A DNA stretch of 64,000 nucleotides, from NCBI RefSeq assembly GCF_006345805.1, contig NC_042999.1:62001-126000 (forward strand), in the 5' to 3' direction. Under the pieces are notes generated by a model. The model made no database searches. It saw only the letters and a program-made list of their open reading frames with translations, and was not told the origin of the DNA. Below are positions 1 through 11,624 of the stretch, piece after piece; the first letter of the stretch is position 1; the number at the start of each line of letters is the position of its first letter. This stretch comes from Octopus sinensis. Taxonomy: Eukaryota. A program made the translations under genes and the position numbers.

Positions 1-416
1 ACCACCACCACTATTATTACTACTACCACCATCACTACTACAGCCACCACTATTACTACTACCACCACCACCATCATCACCACCACACCTCTACTACTAT
101 TGCTACCACCACCACCAATACTACCACCACCACCACCACCACCACCACTACCACTACTACACCATTATTATCACTTCACTTCAACTACCAACATCACCAC
201 TAACATCATCCCCTTCACCACCACTACCACCACCACCACCACCAATAACAACAACATCACCACCACCATCACAATCATGACGCTCAAGGCTACGAACGCC
301 AATAACTGTACCACCGTTGCTACTACTACCATCGTCACTGCCACCACCACTACCACCACAACCACCAGCGCTGCCTTCACTGCCATCATCACCCGCACAC
401 TCCCCCCCCCCCCCAA
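1..416. repeat. (ACC)/(ACT)n compound trinucleotide microsatellite
   Basis: Runs of accaccacc/actactact; explains the Pro/Thr and Val-rich ORFs. Confidence 0.95.
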
Positions 417-547
417 TTGAGAGCTTCTTTAGTGAGACGTGTATCCTTCAGCATCTGTCCCCCTGCCAGGCTCCATTTTCATCAGTTAAGTGACTGGTCC
501 AATATATTTCGGAAACCTCCTGAAATACCATTTTCAGACTCTGCACG

Positions 548-552
548 TGTGT

Positions 553-588
<36 letters not shown>

Positions 589-1393
589 GCACATATATGC
601 ACACACACACACTTACATGCACACATACACACTTACACACACACCACACACACACACTCACACACACGTACACACTTACATACACATACACATGCATACA
701 CACTTTCACACACACACACACACTTACACACTTACACACACATGCATACACACAACTCACACACATACTTACACACACACATACACACTTACACACACTT
801 ACACACTTACATACACATACACACTTACACACACTTTCAAACACACACACACTTACACACACACACATGCATACACACAACTCACACACACACTTACACA
901 CACTCATACACACTTACACACACACACACACACACACTTACATACGCATACACATGCATACACACTTTCACACACTTACACACACACATGCATACACACT
1001 TTCTCACACACACACACACATGCATACACACAACTCACACACATACTTACACACACATACACACTTACACACACTTACACACTTACATACACATACACAC
1101 TTACACACACTTTCAAACACACACACACACACATGCATACACACAACTCACACACACACTTACACACACATATACACACTTACACACACACACACACACA
1201 CTTACATATGCATACACATGCATACACACTTTCACACACTTACACACACACACACACATGCATACACACTTTCACACACACACACACACATGCATACACC
1301 CAACACACACACACACTTACACATTTACACACACACACACTTACACACACACACACATACACACACAACACACTTACACACACACACACACAC
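548..1393. repeat. CA-rich compound satellite with higher-order repeat
   Basis: (CA)n broken by cttac/catgcat/ctttca; block catgcatacacacaactcacacacatacttac recurs at 741 and 1019. Confidence 0.9.
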
Positions 1394-1680
1394 AGTGTGG
1401 TTGTTTCTCTCCTCCACCAGTTCTTATTTATGTAATGTATACATATTTTATTCATGGTCTGGGAATCTCTGTAGTCATGTGCTATCTTGGTCCGTATTAC
1501 ACATACATTCATGCATGTGTGTGTGTGTGTGTGTGTGTCCTTATACACCCACACACACACTCACACACACACACACAAATATATTTAGTTATTTATGTAT
1601 ATACCTTGCATAATCATGTGATTGACCAGACTATAGGATGTTGTTATACATCACTGATCACAATGCGTTTTGCATTGGTT

Positions 1681-1895
1681 TAGCTTTCGAATGATGGTAC
1701 CCCGTCGGCTAGGTGAGCAGGCCAACATTCTCCCCCAATCAGAAGGCCATTTTGTCGCAGGGTTGTCCATTTACAGCTGAGTGGACTGGTGCAACGTTGA
1801 ATGGAGCGTGTTGCACAAAAACACAATGTGTTGTGGGGTCTGGAAATTGAACCCAAGATATAGCGATTGCGAGTGCGACACCCTAACCTCCAGGA
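1681..1895 (-). mobile_element. tRNA-derived SINE, degenerate (family E, related to family D)
   Basis: Reverse complement shows a tRNA-like head (ggttagggtgtcgcactcgcaatcgc...gggttcaattt) and the ccagtccactcagctg core; similar to 41478-41668 and 42030-42235. Confidence 0.6.
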
Positions 1896-1924
1896 CACAC
1901 ACCTTCATCATATATATCTATTTT

Positions 1925-2330
1925 TTATTCTCCACATGGATATAAACATAGAGGGGACAAACAAAGACAGACAAAGGGATTAAGTCGATTACATTGTCCC
2001 CAGTGTGTAACTGGTACTTATTTAATCGATCCCGAAAGGATGAAAGGCAAAGTTGACATCAGCAGAATTAGAACTCAAAACGTAATAGCAGATGAAATAC
2101 CTATTTCTTTACTACCCATAAGGGGCTAAACACAAAGGAGACAAACAAGGACAGACAAGCGGATTAAGTCGATTATATCGTCCCCAGTGCGTAACTGGTA
2201 CTTATTTAATCGACCCCTAAAGGATGAAAGGCAGAGTTGACCTCAGCGGAATTTGAACTCAGAACGTAACGGCAGATGAAATACCACTAAGCATTTTACC
2301 CAGCATGCTAACGATTCTGCTAGCTCGCTG
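1925..2330 (-). mobile_element. SINE family B (tRNA head, Nin-like core), tandem partial units
   Basis: Repeated gaaaggatgaaaggcaaagtcgacctcggcggaatttgaactcagaac units; head at the right end. Confidence 0.85.
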
Positions 2331-2343
2331 CTGTTCACCATAT

Positions 2344-2344
2344 A

Positions 2345-2388
<44 letters not shown>

Positions 2389-2427
2389 CCAACCACCACC
2401 ACCACCACCACCACCACCACCACCACC

Positions 2428-2477
<50 letters not shown>

Positions 2478-2488
2478 TATTATTATTA
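2344..2488. repeat. (ATC)n-(ACC)n-(ATC)n-(ATT)n microsatellite
   Basis: Read directly. Confidence 0.95.
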
Positions 2489-2699
2489 CTTTGTTGTCCA
2501 CTTTCCTATGGTTTGGTGGCTCCCACGCAAACATGGAATGAATTCGGCCCCATGTTTGTAAGACATGGAATTTATTGAGACAAATTTACTACTTTGAAAC
2601 ATTTAATTGTAGCCTTAAAGTCAGAGAGATTGTCTTATTCCTGGCAAGGTTAAAAAATCCTTTTTTTCCCTTCCTGCATTGTCTGAGTTCATTCCTTAA

Positions 2700-2901
2700 C
2701 CCTTTCGTTACTGTATTTATTCTGAGATGCTCTGTGTTTCTTTCAATTTTTTAAAATATAACAAAGAATTTAGTAAAATAAGTGTTAAGAACATAAATTG
2801 TGACTAAGGTTTGGTTGAAGATTTTAATTCAAAACTTATGAAGACAAGACATTTGTACTATAGGGCCAGAGGTGGTTTCAGCTGGGTTGGTATCAAAAGG
2901 G
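2700..2901. mobile_element. piggyBac-type MITE
   Basis: TTAA|CCCTTTCGTTAC ... GTATCAAAAGGG|TTAA; TTAA target duplication at 2696-2699 and 2902-2905. Confidence 0.8.
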
Positions 2902-2925
2902 TTAAAATTATCATGGTGGCTTTAA

Positions 2926-3299
2926 CCCTTTCGTTACCATATTTCCTTTCAGATGCTCTGTGTTTCTTTCAATTATTTTAAATATAACAAAGAATTTAGT
3001 AAAATGAGTTATCATTAAGCTAGTGTTAAGAACATAAATTGTGACTAGAGTTTGGTGGAAGAACATCTGAAAATAAATACAGTAACGAAAGGATTAAGGA
3101 ATGAATGCAAACAATGCAGGAAGGGAAAAAAAGAGGATTTTTTAACCTTGCCTGGAACAAGACAATCTCTCTGACTTTAAGGGCTACAATTAAACATTCC
3201 AAAGCAGTAAATTTGTCTCAATAAATTCAGAATGTTTGAAAACCAGACATTTGTACTACAGAGCCAGAGGTGGTTTCGGCCGGGTTGGTATCAAAAAGG
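2926..3299. mobile_element. Second piggyBac-type MITE, interrupted by an inverted duplication
   Basis: TTAA|CCCTTTCGTTACC start and the same 3' end as 2700-2901; 3064-3228 is the reverse complement of 2568-2730. Confidence 0.75.
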
Positions 3300-3597
3300 T
3301 TTATCTGATCTCCAGTAAAGATCAGACAAATAGAGAAATGTGAGTCAAACAGTACTAGCCCTCTTGAGCATTTGATACTACAAAAACCTGCATTCCATTG
3401 CTCCTTTCACTTCTAATTGTGGGCCTTTGTGCCTGTAATATAGCAAGCTTATTAAACTGTTTTCTTTCTAAATTCTATGAAGCTTTCTAACTTCATTATT
3501 TTGTTATTTCACTTCTTTATTTTTGTGATTCATGTAAGCTACAATCTTCGTAAGTAGAATAATAAATGAAATATAAAATGAGGGAAGTTTCTAACAA

Positions 3598-3986
3598 TAC
3601 TCTTTTACTTGTTTTAGTCATTTGACTGTGGCCATGATGGAGCACGACCTTTAGTTGAGCAAATCGACCCCAGGACTTATTCTTTGTAAGCCTAGTACTT
3701 ATTCTATCGGTCTCTTTTGTCGAACTGCTAAGTTACGGGGACGTAAACACACCAGTATCGGTTGTCAAGCGATGTTGGGGGTGGGGGTGGGGAACACAGA
3801 CACACAAACACACACACATATACATATATATATACGACAGGCTTCTTTCAGTTTCCATCTACCAAATCCACTCACAAGACTTTGGTTGGCCCGAAGATAT
3901 AGACACTTGCCCAAGGTGCCATGCAGTGGGACTGAACACAGAACCATGTGGTTGGTAAGCAAGCTACTTACCACACAGCCACTCCA
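3598..3986 (-). mobile_element. SINE family A (tRNA head, CORE-like domain, CR1-like tail)
   Basis: Reverse complement begins ggagtggctgtgtggtaag...ggttcagtccc (A/B boxes), contains gcaccttgggcaagtgtct, ends ...gactaaaacaagtaaaagagta. Confidence 0.85.
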
Positions 3987-4084
3987 TGTTTAAAAAAAAA
4001 GCCTTCATATTTTGGGTGCATAGGCCTATTTCCAGAAGGATTCTATCAAAGAAATAAATATTTACACAGATCCTGCCATTTTGG

Positions 4085-4381
4085 GTAACTGGATGGGTAG
4101 TGACCCTGTTTTAGACAGAGAAGGGTAGCGATCAGCTGTCCACAAGTGTGCGAACACATGCGAGACCAATAGGATCGCTGCTTCAGAAGACCGCAGACAA
4201 GCCAGGAAGAACTGAGCTAACAACCCTGTACCGGACGCTACCATTCCCTGTCCACACTGTCAAAGACTCTTTCGGGTGGAGATTGGCCTCACTAGCCATC
4301 TGCGGACTCGCAAAACAAGCCCACCCCCACCCCCACCCCAGGATGATTAGATGGTCTTCATCGCATCGATGGACAAACTAC
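4085..4381 (+). mobile_element. RTE-clade LINE 3' fragment with C2H2 zinc finger
   Basis: Translates to ...RRQARKN*ANNPVPDATIPCPHCQRLFRVEIGLTSHLRTRK...QDD*, followed by atggtcttcatcgcatcgatggac, typical of RTE ORF2 ends. Confidence 0.8.
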
Positions 4382-4687
4382 ATGTGTTAATAGCAGCAAT
4401 TCCCTAGTTTCTGGTGTTGTAGGTCACATTGGGAACGGTGATGGAAGATTGGTTGTAGTTTCACAGCAATGGTGATAAAGGTGTTTGTCCATGGTGGTGA
4501 CTGTATTCCTCTGAAAATAGGCCTTTGTGCCCAAAATATAAAGGTCTTTTAAACATTATGTATTGTGAAATCTCTCCATATTTTCCATTTCATTTGTTAC
4601 TCTACCTCTATTCTACAATGCTTCAAGACAACTACAATGTACTTTTCACACTGTTATTTTATTTCATTTCATTTTTTCATCTTACAG

Positions 4688-4855
4688 CAAGATGGAAACG
4701 ATTTCAAGCCTATTGTTGTTAGTCGTTCGATTCTGAAGAATATGACAAGAAGTGAAGTGTATGTCTTAGAGTGGCCCAAACCACTCCGTTTCCAATTCTT
4801 TAAGACATTGCTTCCAGATGATGTTTCTATAATAAAATGTCTTTTTTGCCAAAAG
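4688..4855 (+). CDS. IFT122: IFT122 (intraflagellar transport protein 122) penultimate coding exon
   Basis: cttacag|CAAGAT...CAAAAG|gtaagg; 168 bp, phase 0/0; QDGNDFKPIVVSRSILKNMTRSEVYVLEWPKPLRFQFFKTLLPDDVSIIKCLFCQK matches, from memory, vertebrate IFT122 ([50 protein letters not shown]). Confidence 0.93.
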
Positions 4856-4912
4856 GTAAGGTGTTCTAGTTTAAAATGCCTCTTACTACATTGTTTCTGC
4901 AATTCTGTATCT

Positions 4913-5020
4913 AAGAGATGAGGAATTATGTACATTATTTACATTTGACGGATATTTGTCCTCATCTTGTTTGTTGTTAGCACAACGTTTCAGTTGATAT
5001 ATCCTCCAGCCTTGATCGGG
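4913..5020 (-). mobile_element. PLE-type terminal repeat fragment (family H), degenerate hammerhead
   Basis: Reverse complement of the 5665-5760 and 41324-41435 sequence. Confidence 0.65.
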
Positions 5021-5024
5021 CATA

Positions 5025-5089
5025 TGGCGTAGTAGTTAAGAGCGCAGGCTACTAACCCCAAGATTCCAAGTTCGAGTCCAGGCAGTGAT

Positions 5090-5094
<5 letters not shown>
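5025..5094 (+). mobile_element. tRNA-like SINE head followed by (AAT)n
   Basis: tggcgtagtagttaagagcgcaggctactaacc...gttcgagtcc A/B boxes; no acceptor-stem closure. Confidence 0.6.
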
Positions 5095-5140
<46 letters not shown>

Positions 5141-5240
5141 TAATAAATAATAATAATAAATAATAATAATTAATAATAATAAATAATAATAATAATAATA
5201 AATAATAATAATAATAAGAAGAAGAAGAATGATAATAATA

Positions 5241-5408
5241 CAAGGTCATGTGCTGTTTATCTTGATATGAGATCACCATGTCACGCACATATGGTTGTGA
5301 TGCATGTACCTGGTGTACCCTTATTAGACGGGTAATCATGACGGGTATGTTGGGCTTTGTATATTTTATCTCAGTGTCACTTTGATGGCATGCACTGCTC
5401 TCTCACTC
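5241..5408 (+). mobile_element. 3' part of (AAT)n-flanked element (family M)
   Basis: caaggtcatgtgctg...ctcactcaataat matches 50680-50845. Confidence 0.85.
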
Positions 5409-5481
5409 AATAATAATAATAATAATAATAACAATGATGATAATAATGATAATAATAATAATAATAATGATGATGATGATA

Positions 5482-5512
<31 letters not shown>

Positions 5513-5565
5513 TAACAATGATGATAATAATGATAATAATAATAATAATAATAGTGATGATGATA

Positions 5566-5598
<33 letters not shown>

Positions 5599-5629
5599 AT
5601 AATAATAATAATAACAATATTGAAAAATA

Positions 5630-5760
5630 CGTTGGGAATGAGAACCCATGTTCGAAATTTCCCCAAGACACCTGATAAAAGCTGGAGGGTATATCAGCCG
5701 AAACATTGTGTTAACAACAAAGAAGATGAGGACAAATATCCGTCAAATGTAAATAATGTA
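5630..5760 (+). mobile_element. PLE-type terminal repeat fragment (family H), mutated hammerhead
   Basis: gacacCTGATAAaagctggagggtatatcagccGAAACattgtgtt; homologous to 41324-41435. Confidence 0.7.
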
Positions 5761-6112
5761 CGTTGTATCTTTCAAATACAAAACAAAATATAGACCATGT
5801 TTTTTATTTTTACTTTTTAATTTTTTTTTTGTTATTCATGTAAGAATAATTTCAGTGTCATTTAGCTAGAATTCTGCACTGATTTGTGAACATACCATTG
5901 TATTGTATAATGCATAGCATGCACTTTAATGCACACATGGTAAGCATAGTTCCTTCCACATTGAAATTATTCTGTGAAGAAGGCTGTGAAATGGCTCTAA
6001 TCCTAAGGATGTTGACTGCTTAAATAAAAATATTCACCTCTCATTATCACCTGACATTTTATGCTTTAGAGATCCAACAGAGGTAGAATCAACAAAATGT
6101 ACTCCATCCAGG

Positions 6113-6277
6113 GAGAGATAAATTGCGGCGAAAGAGTACAGCAGGGATCACCACCACCCCCTGCCGGAGCCTCGTGGAGCTCAATAAACACACACAACGC
6201 CCGGTCTGGGAATCAAAACCACGATCCTACGACCGCAAGTCCGCTGCCCTAACCACTGGGCCATTGCACCTCCACAA
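6113..6277 (-). mobile_element. SINE family C (tRNA-Arg-like head), partial
   Basis: Reverse complement of ggaggtgcaatggcccagtggttagggcagcggacttgcgg; see 26028 and 46820. Confidence 0.8.
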
Positions 6278-6559
6278 TATACACACACACACACACATAC
6301 ACAGACATGCATTTATCAATTCATTTTGCAAGATTCCTGAGGTGAAATCACGTTGAAACCGATATTGCTGTATTTTAGGATGGTCATTTTCTTAATTATT
6401 AGTCTTATTTACTCATTTATTCATTTATTGCCAAATAAACACACACACTATTTTGTTTTTTTTTTACTTGTTTATTACTGCTATTTTATTATTGCAACGT
6501 CTGTCCATTGTCTAGAAATTACATGCATGCATACATACAGACAGACATACATACATACA

Positions 6560-6603
<44 letters not shown>

Positions 6604-6621
6604 TACATACATACATACATA

Positions 6622-6870
6622 TGGAGGCACATGGCTTAGTGGTTAGTGTGTCAGCATCATGATCGTAAGATTGTGGTTTCGATTCCTGGACCGGGCAATG
6701 CGTTGTGTTCTTGAGCAAAACCCTTCATTTCACGTTGCTCCAGTCCACTCAGATAGCAAAAATGAGTAACGGTGTGATGGACTGGCATCCCGTCCAGCTG
6801 GGGAACACATATGCCATAGAAACCGGGAAACCAGGTCCATGAGCATGGCTAGGCTTTAAAAGGGCGCATT
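6622..6870 (+). mobile_element. SINE family D (tRNA head)
   Basis: ggaggcacatggcttagtggttag...gtttcgattcc; near-identical to 49338-49590. Confidence 0.85.
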
Positions 6871-6914
6871 TATTTATTTATTTATTATTATATATATATA
6901 TATATATATGTACG

Positions 6915-7085
6915 TATATCATCATTTAACATCCGCTTTCCATGCTGGCATGGATTGGACGATTTGACTGACGACTGGCAAAACAGATGGCTGCACCAGG
7001 CTCCAATCTAATCTGGCAAGGTTTCTACAGCTGGATACCCTTTCTAATGCCAACCACTCCAAGAGTGTAGTGGGTGCTTTTTACA
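6915..7085 (-). mobile_element. SINE/LINE tail ending in (GAT)n, RTE-like (family G)
   Basis: Reverse complement ends gcatggaaagcggatgttaaatgatgat; related copy at about 8890-9130. Confidence 0.6.
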
Positions 7086-7087
7086 CA

Positions 7088-7493
7088 TACTCTTTTACTT
7101 GTTTCAGTCATTTGACTGTGGCCATGCTGGAGCACCGCCTTTAGTCGAGCAAATCGACCCCGGGACTTATTCTTTGTAAGCCCAGTACTTATTCTATCGG
7201 TCTCTTTTGCCGAACCGCTAAGTGACGGGGACATAAACACACCAGCATCGGTTGTCAAACAATGCTAGGGGGACAAACAGACACACAATAATATACACTC
7301 ACACTTATATATATATATACATATATACGACAGGCTTCTTTCAGTTTCCGTCTACCAAATCCACTCACAAGGCATTGGTCGGCCTGGGACTATAGCAGAA
7401 GACACTTGCCCAAGATGCCACGCAGTGGGACTGAACCCGGAACCATGTGGTTGGTTAGCAAGCTACTTACCACACAGCCACTCCTGCGCCTAT
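7088..7493 (-). mobile_element. SINE family A, full length
   Basis: As 3598-3986. Confidence 0.88.
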
Positions 7494-7605
7494 ATGCGCC
7501 TTTATCATTATGTTTTATATTTATTATTTGAATGCATTCTTCTTAAATATTTGCCTGTCTGTAACATCCATGATATTTGTAATTTCATCCGAATTCCCAT
7601 TCCAG

Positions 7606-7689
7606 CTGTTCCACACTGATGATTTTGAGCTGAAATATCTTCAATTCGGCTACTGTCCTTTTTGCCGAGAAAAGCACCGAGAAGGATGA
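7606..7689 (+). CDS. IFT122: IFT122 terminal coding exon
   Basis: ttccag|CTGTTC...GGATGA; LFHTDDFELKYLQFGYCPFCREKHREG* matches the IFT122 C-terminus ([21 protein letters not shown]); in frame with exon 4688-4855. Confidence 0.93.
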   Translation: MFHTDDFELKYLQFGYCPFCREKHREG

Positions 7690-7759
7690 AACAAATGAAG
7701 TCTGCAGACTTTAACAGAACACTTGTATTTAGTAAATGATATTTATTCAATATATTCAA

Positions 7760-7765
7760 AATAAA
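7760..7765 (+). terminator. Candidate polyadenylation signal AATAAA
   Basis: First AATAAA after the IFT122 stop; the region is AT-rich, so it is not unique. Confidence 0.35.
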
Positions 7766-8109
7766 AAAGAAACAAATTATTATCAGGAGAATCGTTTTGC
7801 TTATTTATTTTTGTGCGTTTGTCAAAAGCGAGAAAAAAAAAAAATAATGAATAAAATGAATAAAAGACTTCTTCGTATCATTTGTCTTATCATTTCATTC
7901 ACCATTATTATTATTATTATTATTATTATTTATATTTTATTGCCATAATTTTTTTGTTTTTTTTTTGTTTATCTTCATGATGTAATCATTTTACTTTTTT
8001 TTTTTTTTTCATTTTTCTTATGGTTAAAGCTCCTCCTGTTTCAAACGGATGCTGACTGAAAATGATGATAAGATGCTGATGTGATCAATCTTTTCTTTGT
8101 CTTCTCTAT

Positions 8110-8175
8110 CATCAACACCATCATTATCATCATCATCATCATCATCATAATCGTTGTTAGCTTCGTTATCATCAT

Positions 8176-8207
<32 letters not shown>

Positions 8208-8236
8208 TAATCGTTAGCTTCGTTATCATCATCACC

Positions 8237-8268
<32 letters not shown>

Positions 8269-8439
8269 AATCGTTATTAGCTTCGTCATCATCATCATCA
8301 CCACCATCATTACATCCTTGTCATCTCCACCACCAATGTCATCATCATCATCAATACCATCATCATCATCATTACCACCACCACCACCATCATCAGTATC
8401 ATCATCGTCATAATCGTTGTTAGCTTCGTTATCATCATC

Positions 8440-8473
<34 letters not shown>

Positions 8474-8495
8474 TCGTTAGCTTCGTTATCATCAT

Positions 8496-8527
<32 letters not shown>

Positions 8528-8825
8528 TCGTTATTAACTTCGTCATCATCATCATCACCACCATCATTACATCCTTGTCATCTCCACCACCAATGTCATC
8601 ATCATCATCAATACCATCATCATCATCATTACCACCACCACCACCATCATCAGTATCATCATCGTCATCATCATCATCATAATCGTTGTTAGCTTCATTA
8701 TCACCACCACCACCACCATCATCATCATCATCGTCATCATCATCATCACGACCATCATCGTCATTACCACCACCACCGCCGCCACCCCCACCCCCATCAC
8801 CACCATCATCATCATTATCATCATC
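8110..8825. repeat. ATC/ACC-based minisatellite, about 55-60 bp unit
   Basis: Recurring tcataatcgttgttagcttcgttatcatcatcacc; block 8280-8420 is duplicated at about 8530-8690. Confidence 0.9.
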
Positions 8826-9609
8826 TGTTCACTTTCCATGCTGACGTGAGTTGGATGTATCTTGTTTTTTACTTATGGAAATGACCATCATCATCATCAT
8901 CATCATCGTTTAACGTCTGTTTTTCATGCTGGCATGGGTTGGACGGCTTGACAGGAGCTGCTAAGCTGAAGAGTTGCACCAGGATTCAACTGTCTGTTTT
9001 TGGCATGGTTCCTATGGCTGGGAGCCCTCCCTAATGCCAACCACTTTACAGAGTGTATTGAGTGCTTTATACATGGCATTGGTTTGGGTGCTTTCCTAAG
9101 TGGCTCTGGCATGGGTGCTTTTTATGTGGCATTGAACAGAAAGTCAGTTATGCACTGTTGTTTACAGCACTGAAATTTCGGTAGTTTTCTGTATAAAGTT
9201 TCAGCAGAGAAAAGAGAAAATGAAAAGTTGTAAGAAAACAATGATAGGACCATTAACAGCAGTTATTAGACATGAGTGACAGATATTTGGTGAGCCTTAC
9301 ATTAACCCTCATTGAGCCAACCTTACATATTTATGTATGTATATACAAAAATATACACACACACACATATGTGTATTTATGGAGATGTACTTGCATAGCA
9401 AGTGACCTGATCTGAGATTGTGTGCTGGAAAGAAAACAATTCCAGCTTGGAAGGTGTTTATAAGCCATTTAAGAAACACACAAAACCCATTAGATTCACT
9501 TCAACATTTAAATTTAATTTGTCAAAATATTTTCGTCACTTTGAGATCGCGACCTGTTCACTGACAAAATTCCGTGCTGCATCTCTTGTTTATATATATG
9601 TATATATAA

Positions 9610-9825
9610 GGCGGCGAGCTGGCAGAAACATTAGCATGCTGGGCGAAATGCTTAGCAGTATTTCGTCTGTCTTTACATCCTGAGTTCAAATTCCACCAAG
9701 GTTGACTTTGCCTTTCATCCTTTCGGGGTCGATAAATTAAGTACTAGTTGCATACTGGGGTTGATCAAATCGACTGGCCCCCTCCCCCAAAATGTCAGGC
9801 CTTGTGCCTAGAGTAGAAAAGTATG
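9610..9825 (+). mobile_element. SINE family B, single copy
   Basis: ggcggcgagctggcagaaacattagc...cctttcatcctttcggggtcgataaattaag. Confidence 0.85.
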
Positions 9826-9863
9826 TATATATATATACATACATATATATATATATATCTTTC

Positions 9864-9894
<31 letters not shown>

Positions 9895-10155
9895 CACTAA
9901 GAAAAATAGTCTAATAATGTAGGGTTTCTTGTATGTGTATGGGAAAGCCTACTTTTTTCTGTCAAGGGCTTATACGCACCATTATTAGACTATTTTCATT
10001 AGTCATTTGCAAGGTGATCACTATGAGCTTTAAGCTTATAACAAAATACCATTATTATTATTTACAGAATTGTGAAACTGAACACCTCTTAACAAAACCA
10101 TTCATATATATATATATATATGTATGTATATATATATATGTGTGTGTGTATTTAG

Positions 10156-10258
10156 GGATAACCAATATGCTAGAAGGAGATCACATACAATCTAACTACA
10201 AAGAAAAGAATGTTCTAGTTAGATTGTATGTGATCTTCTTCTAGCATATTGGTTATCC
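10156..10258. repeat. 43-bp inverted repeat (hairpin)
   Basis: Arms 10156-10198 and 10216-10258, one G:T pair, 17-nt loop. Confidence 0.9.
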
Positions 10259-10411
10259 ACCTAGTGGTTATCCCTAAATATACACATATATTGCAATTTT
10301 TTCTGATTTTTCAGATTTTTCTATATGCTAAGCTGCTGGTTTTAAATTGATATTAATTAAATTAAAATTCAATGTATCACCCTCGTTATTTAAATTATAT
10401 ATATATATATA

Positions 10412-10523
10412 CTTTATTCAAAAGCAGCAGAAAATTCAACAAAACCTGTTACTCTGAGTTTCACGGGAACTTGAAACTCAGAGTAACAGGTTTTGTTGAA
10501 TTTTCTGCTGCTTTTGAATAAAG
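10412..10523. repeat. Perfect 52-bp inverted repeat (hairpin)
   Basis: Arms 10412-10463 and 10472-10523, 8-nt loop. Confidence 0.92.
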
Positions 10524-10591
10524 CATATTACTCTACCACTGCTTTTGAGTACTATTTTTCCACCTTGTTTCACATTTATGTGTTTTCTCCG

Positions 10592-10636
<45 letters not shown>

Positions 10637-11624
10637 CACACACATATATATTTGACCCATGCCAACATAGAAGGCGGACATTAAGCAATGATGATGATAA
10701 TATACAACAGGCTTCTTTCTGTTTCCATCTACCAAATCAACTCACAAGGCTTTGGTTGACTCAAGACCACAGTAGAAGACACTAGGTGCCATGCAGTGGG
10801 ACGGAACATGAATCCATGTAGTTGGACATCAAGCTTCTTATCACACAACCACACTTGCACCCACAAGCCATGCCCCACACCTACAAGCCAAGCCTGTGCC
10901 TATTGCACACTTCAAATAACAAACCTCATATCTCAATATATAAATACTATGAATGAATGACAGAATCATTTTTATTTTATTTCATCCGTTCACTTGTCAA
11001 TGAATGTCTGTATTCTTGGATATATATCAATAAAGTGATGTGTGTGTGTGTATGTGTGTTAAATCTGATTTAAGTTTGATTCTATGACAGTCTAGAAAGA
11101 GGTGCATTAAAATATCAATGCAGCTTAATATGATGGGATTGCATTACCGTTATAAGTTGGACCAAGTTTGTGCATTATATTCTGGTTTGCCACAGATAAT
11201 CCATAGCTGAACTCTGTTATTATCATCGTACTTGTATATAGCTCAAGTAAAACCCACCCAAAATGTTATTATCCGCTTAGGAGATAAAGCTTTATCCCTG
11301 GCACATTTTAAAGGATTAGGTGTTTTTCTACGGAGCAGAGAACTGGAAAGATGGCATTTAGAAGTAAACAACTTAAAACAACTCCCAGCCAGAAAGTGAT
11401 GGACAAAGTACTTTGGTTTAATAATATAAACTGAGGATTGTCAAGTTACCAAGTAAATTAATTAAGAATTAGAAAACCATAATATCTTACCTTTTACTTG
11501 TATTAGTTATGAGACCGTGGCCAGGCTGGGGCACCACCTTGAGGAATTTTTAGACAAATGAATCAATCCCAGGAATTATTATTTTTTTTTTTTAAGCATA
11601 GTATTTATTCTGCATCATTTATAT

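Noticed and set aside
417-1683. Long His/Thr and Cys/Val ORFs (up to 398 aa)
   Set aside because: Translations of the CA-rich satellite, open in several frames on both strands.
3316-3339. Possible IFT122 micro-exon (ctccag|...|gtgagt)
   Set aside because: Cannot supply the expected phase-0 upstream IFT122 sequence and shows no similarity.
5025-5094. tRNA gene
   Set aside because: A/B boxes only; no full cloverleaf. The same applies to the heads of SINE families A-E.
11270-11400. LRR-like peptide LERWHLEVNNLKQLPA on the + strand
   Set aside because: Single repeat, weak donor, no neighbouring exons; indistinguishable from chance.
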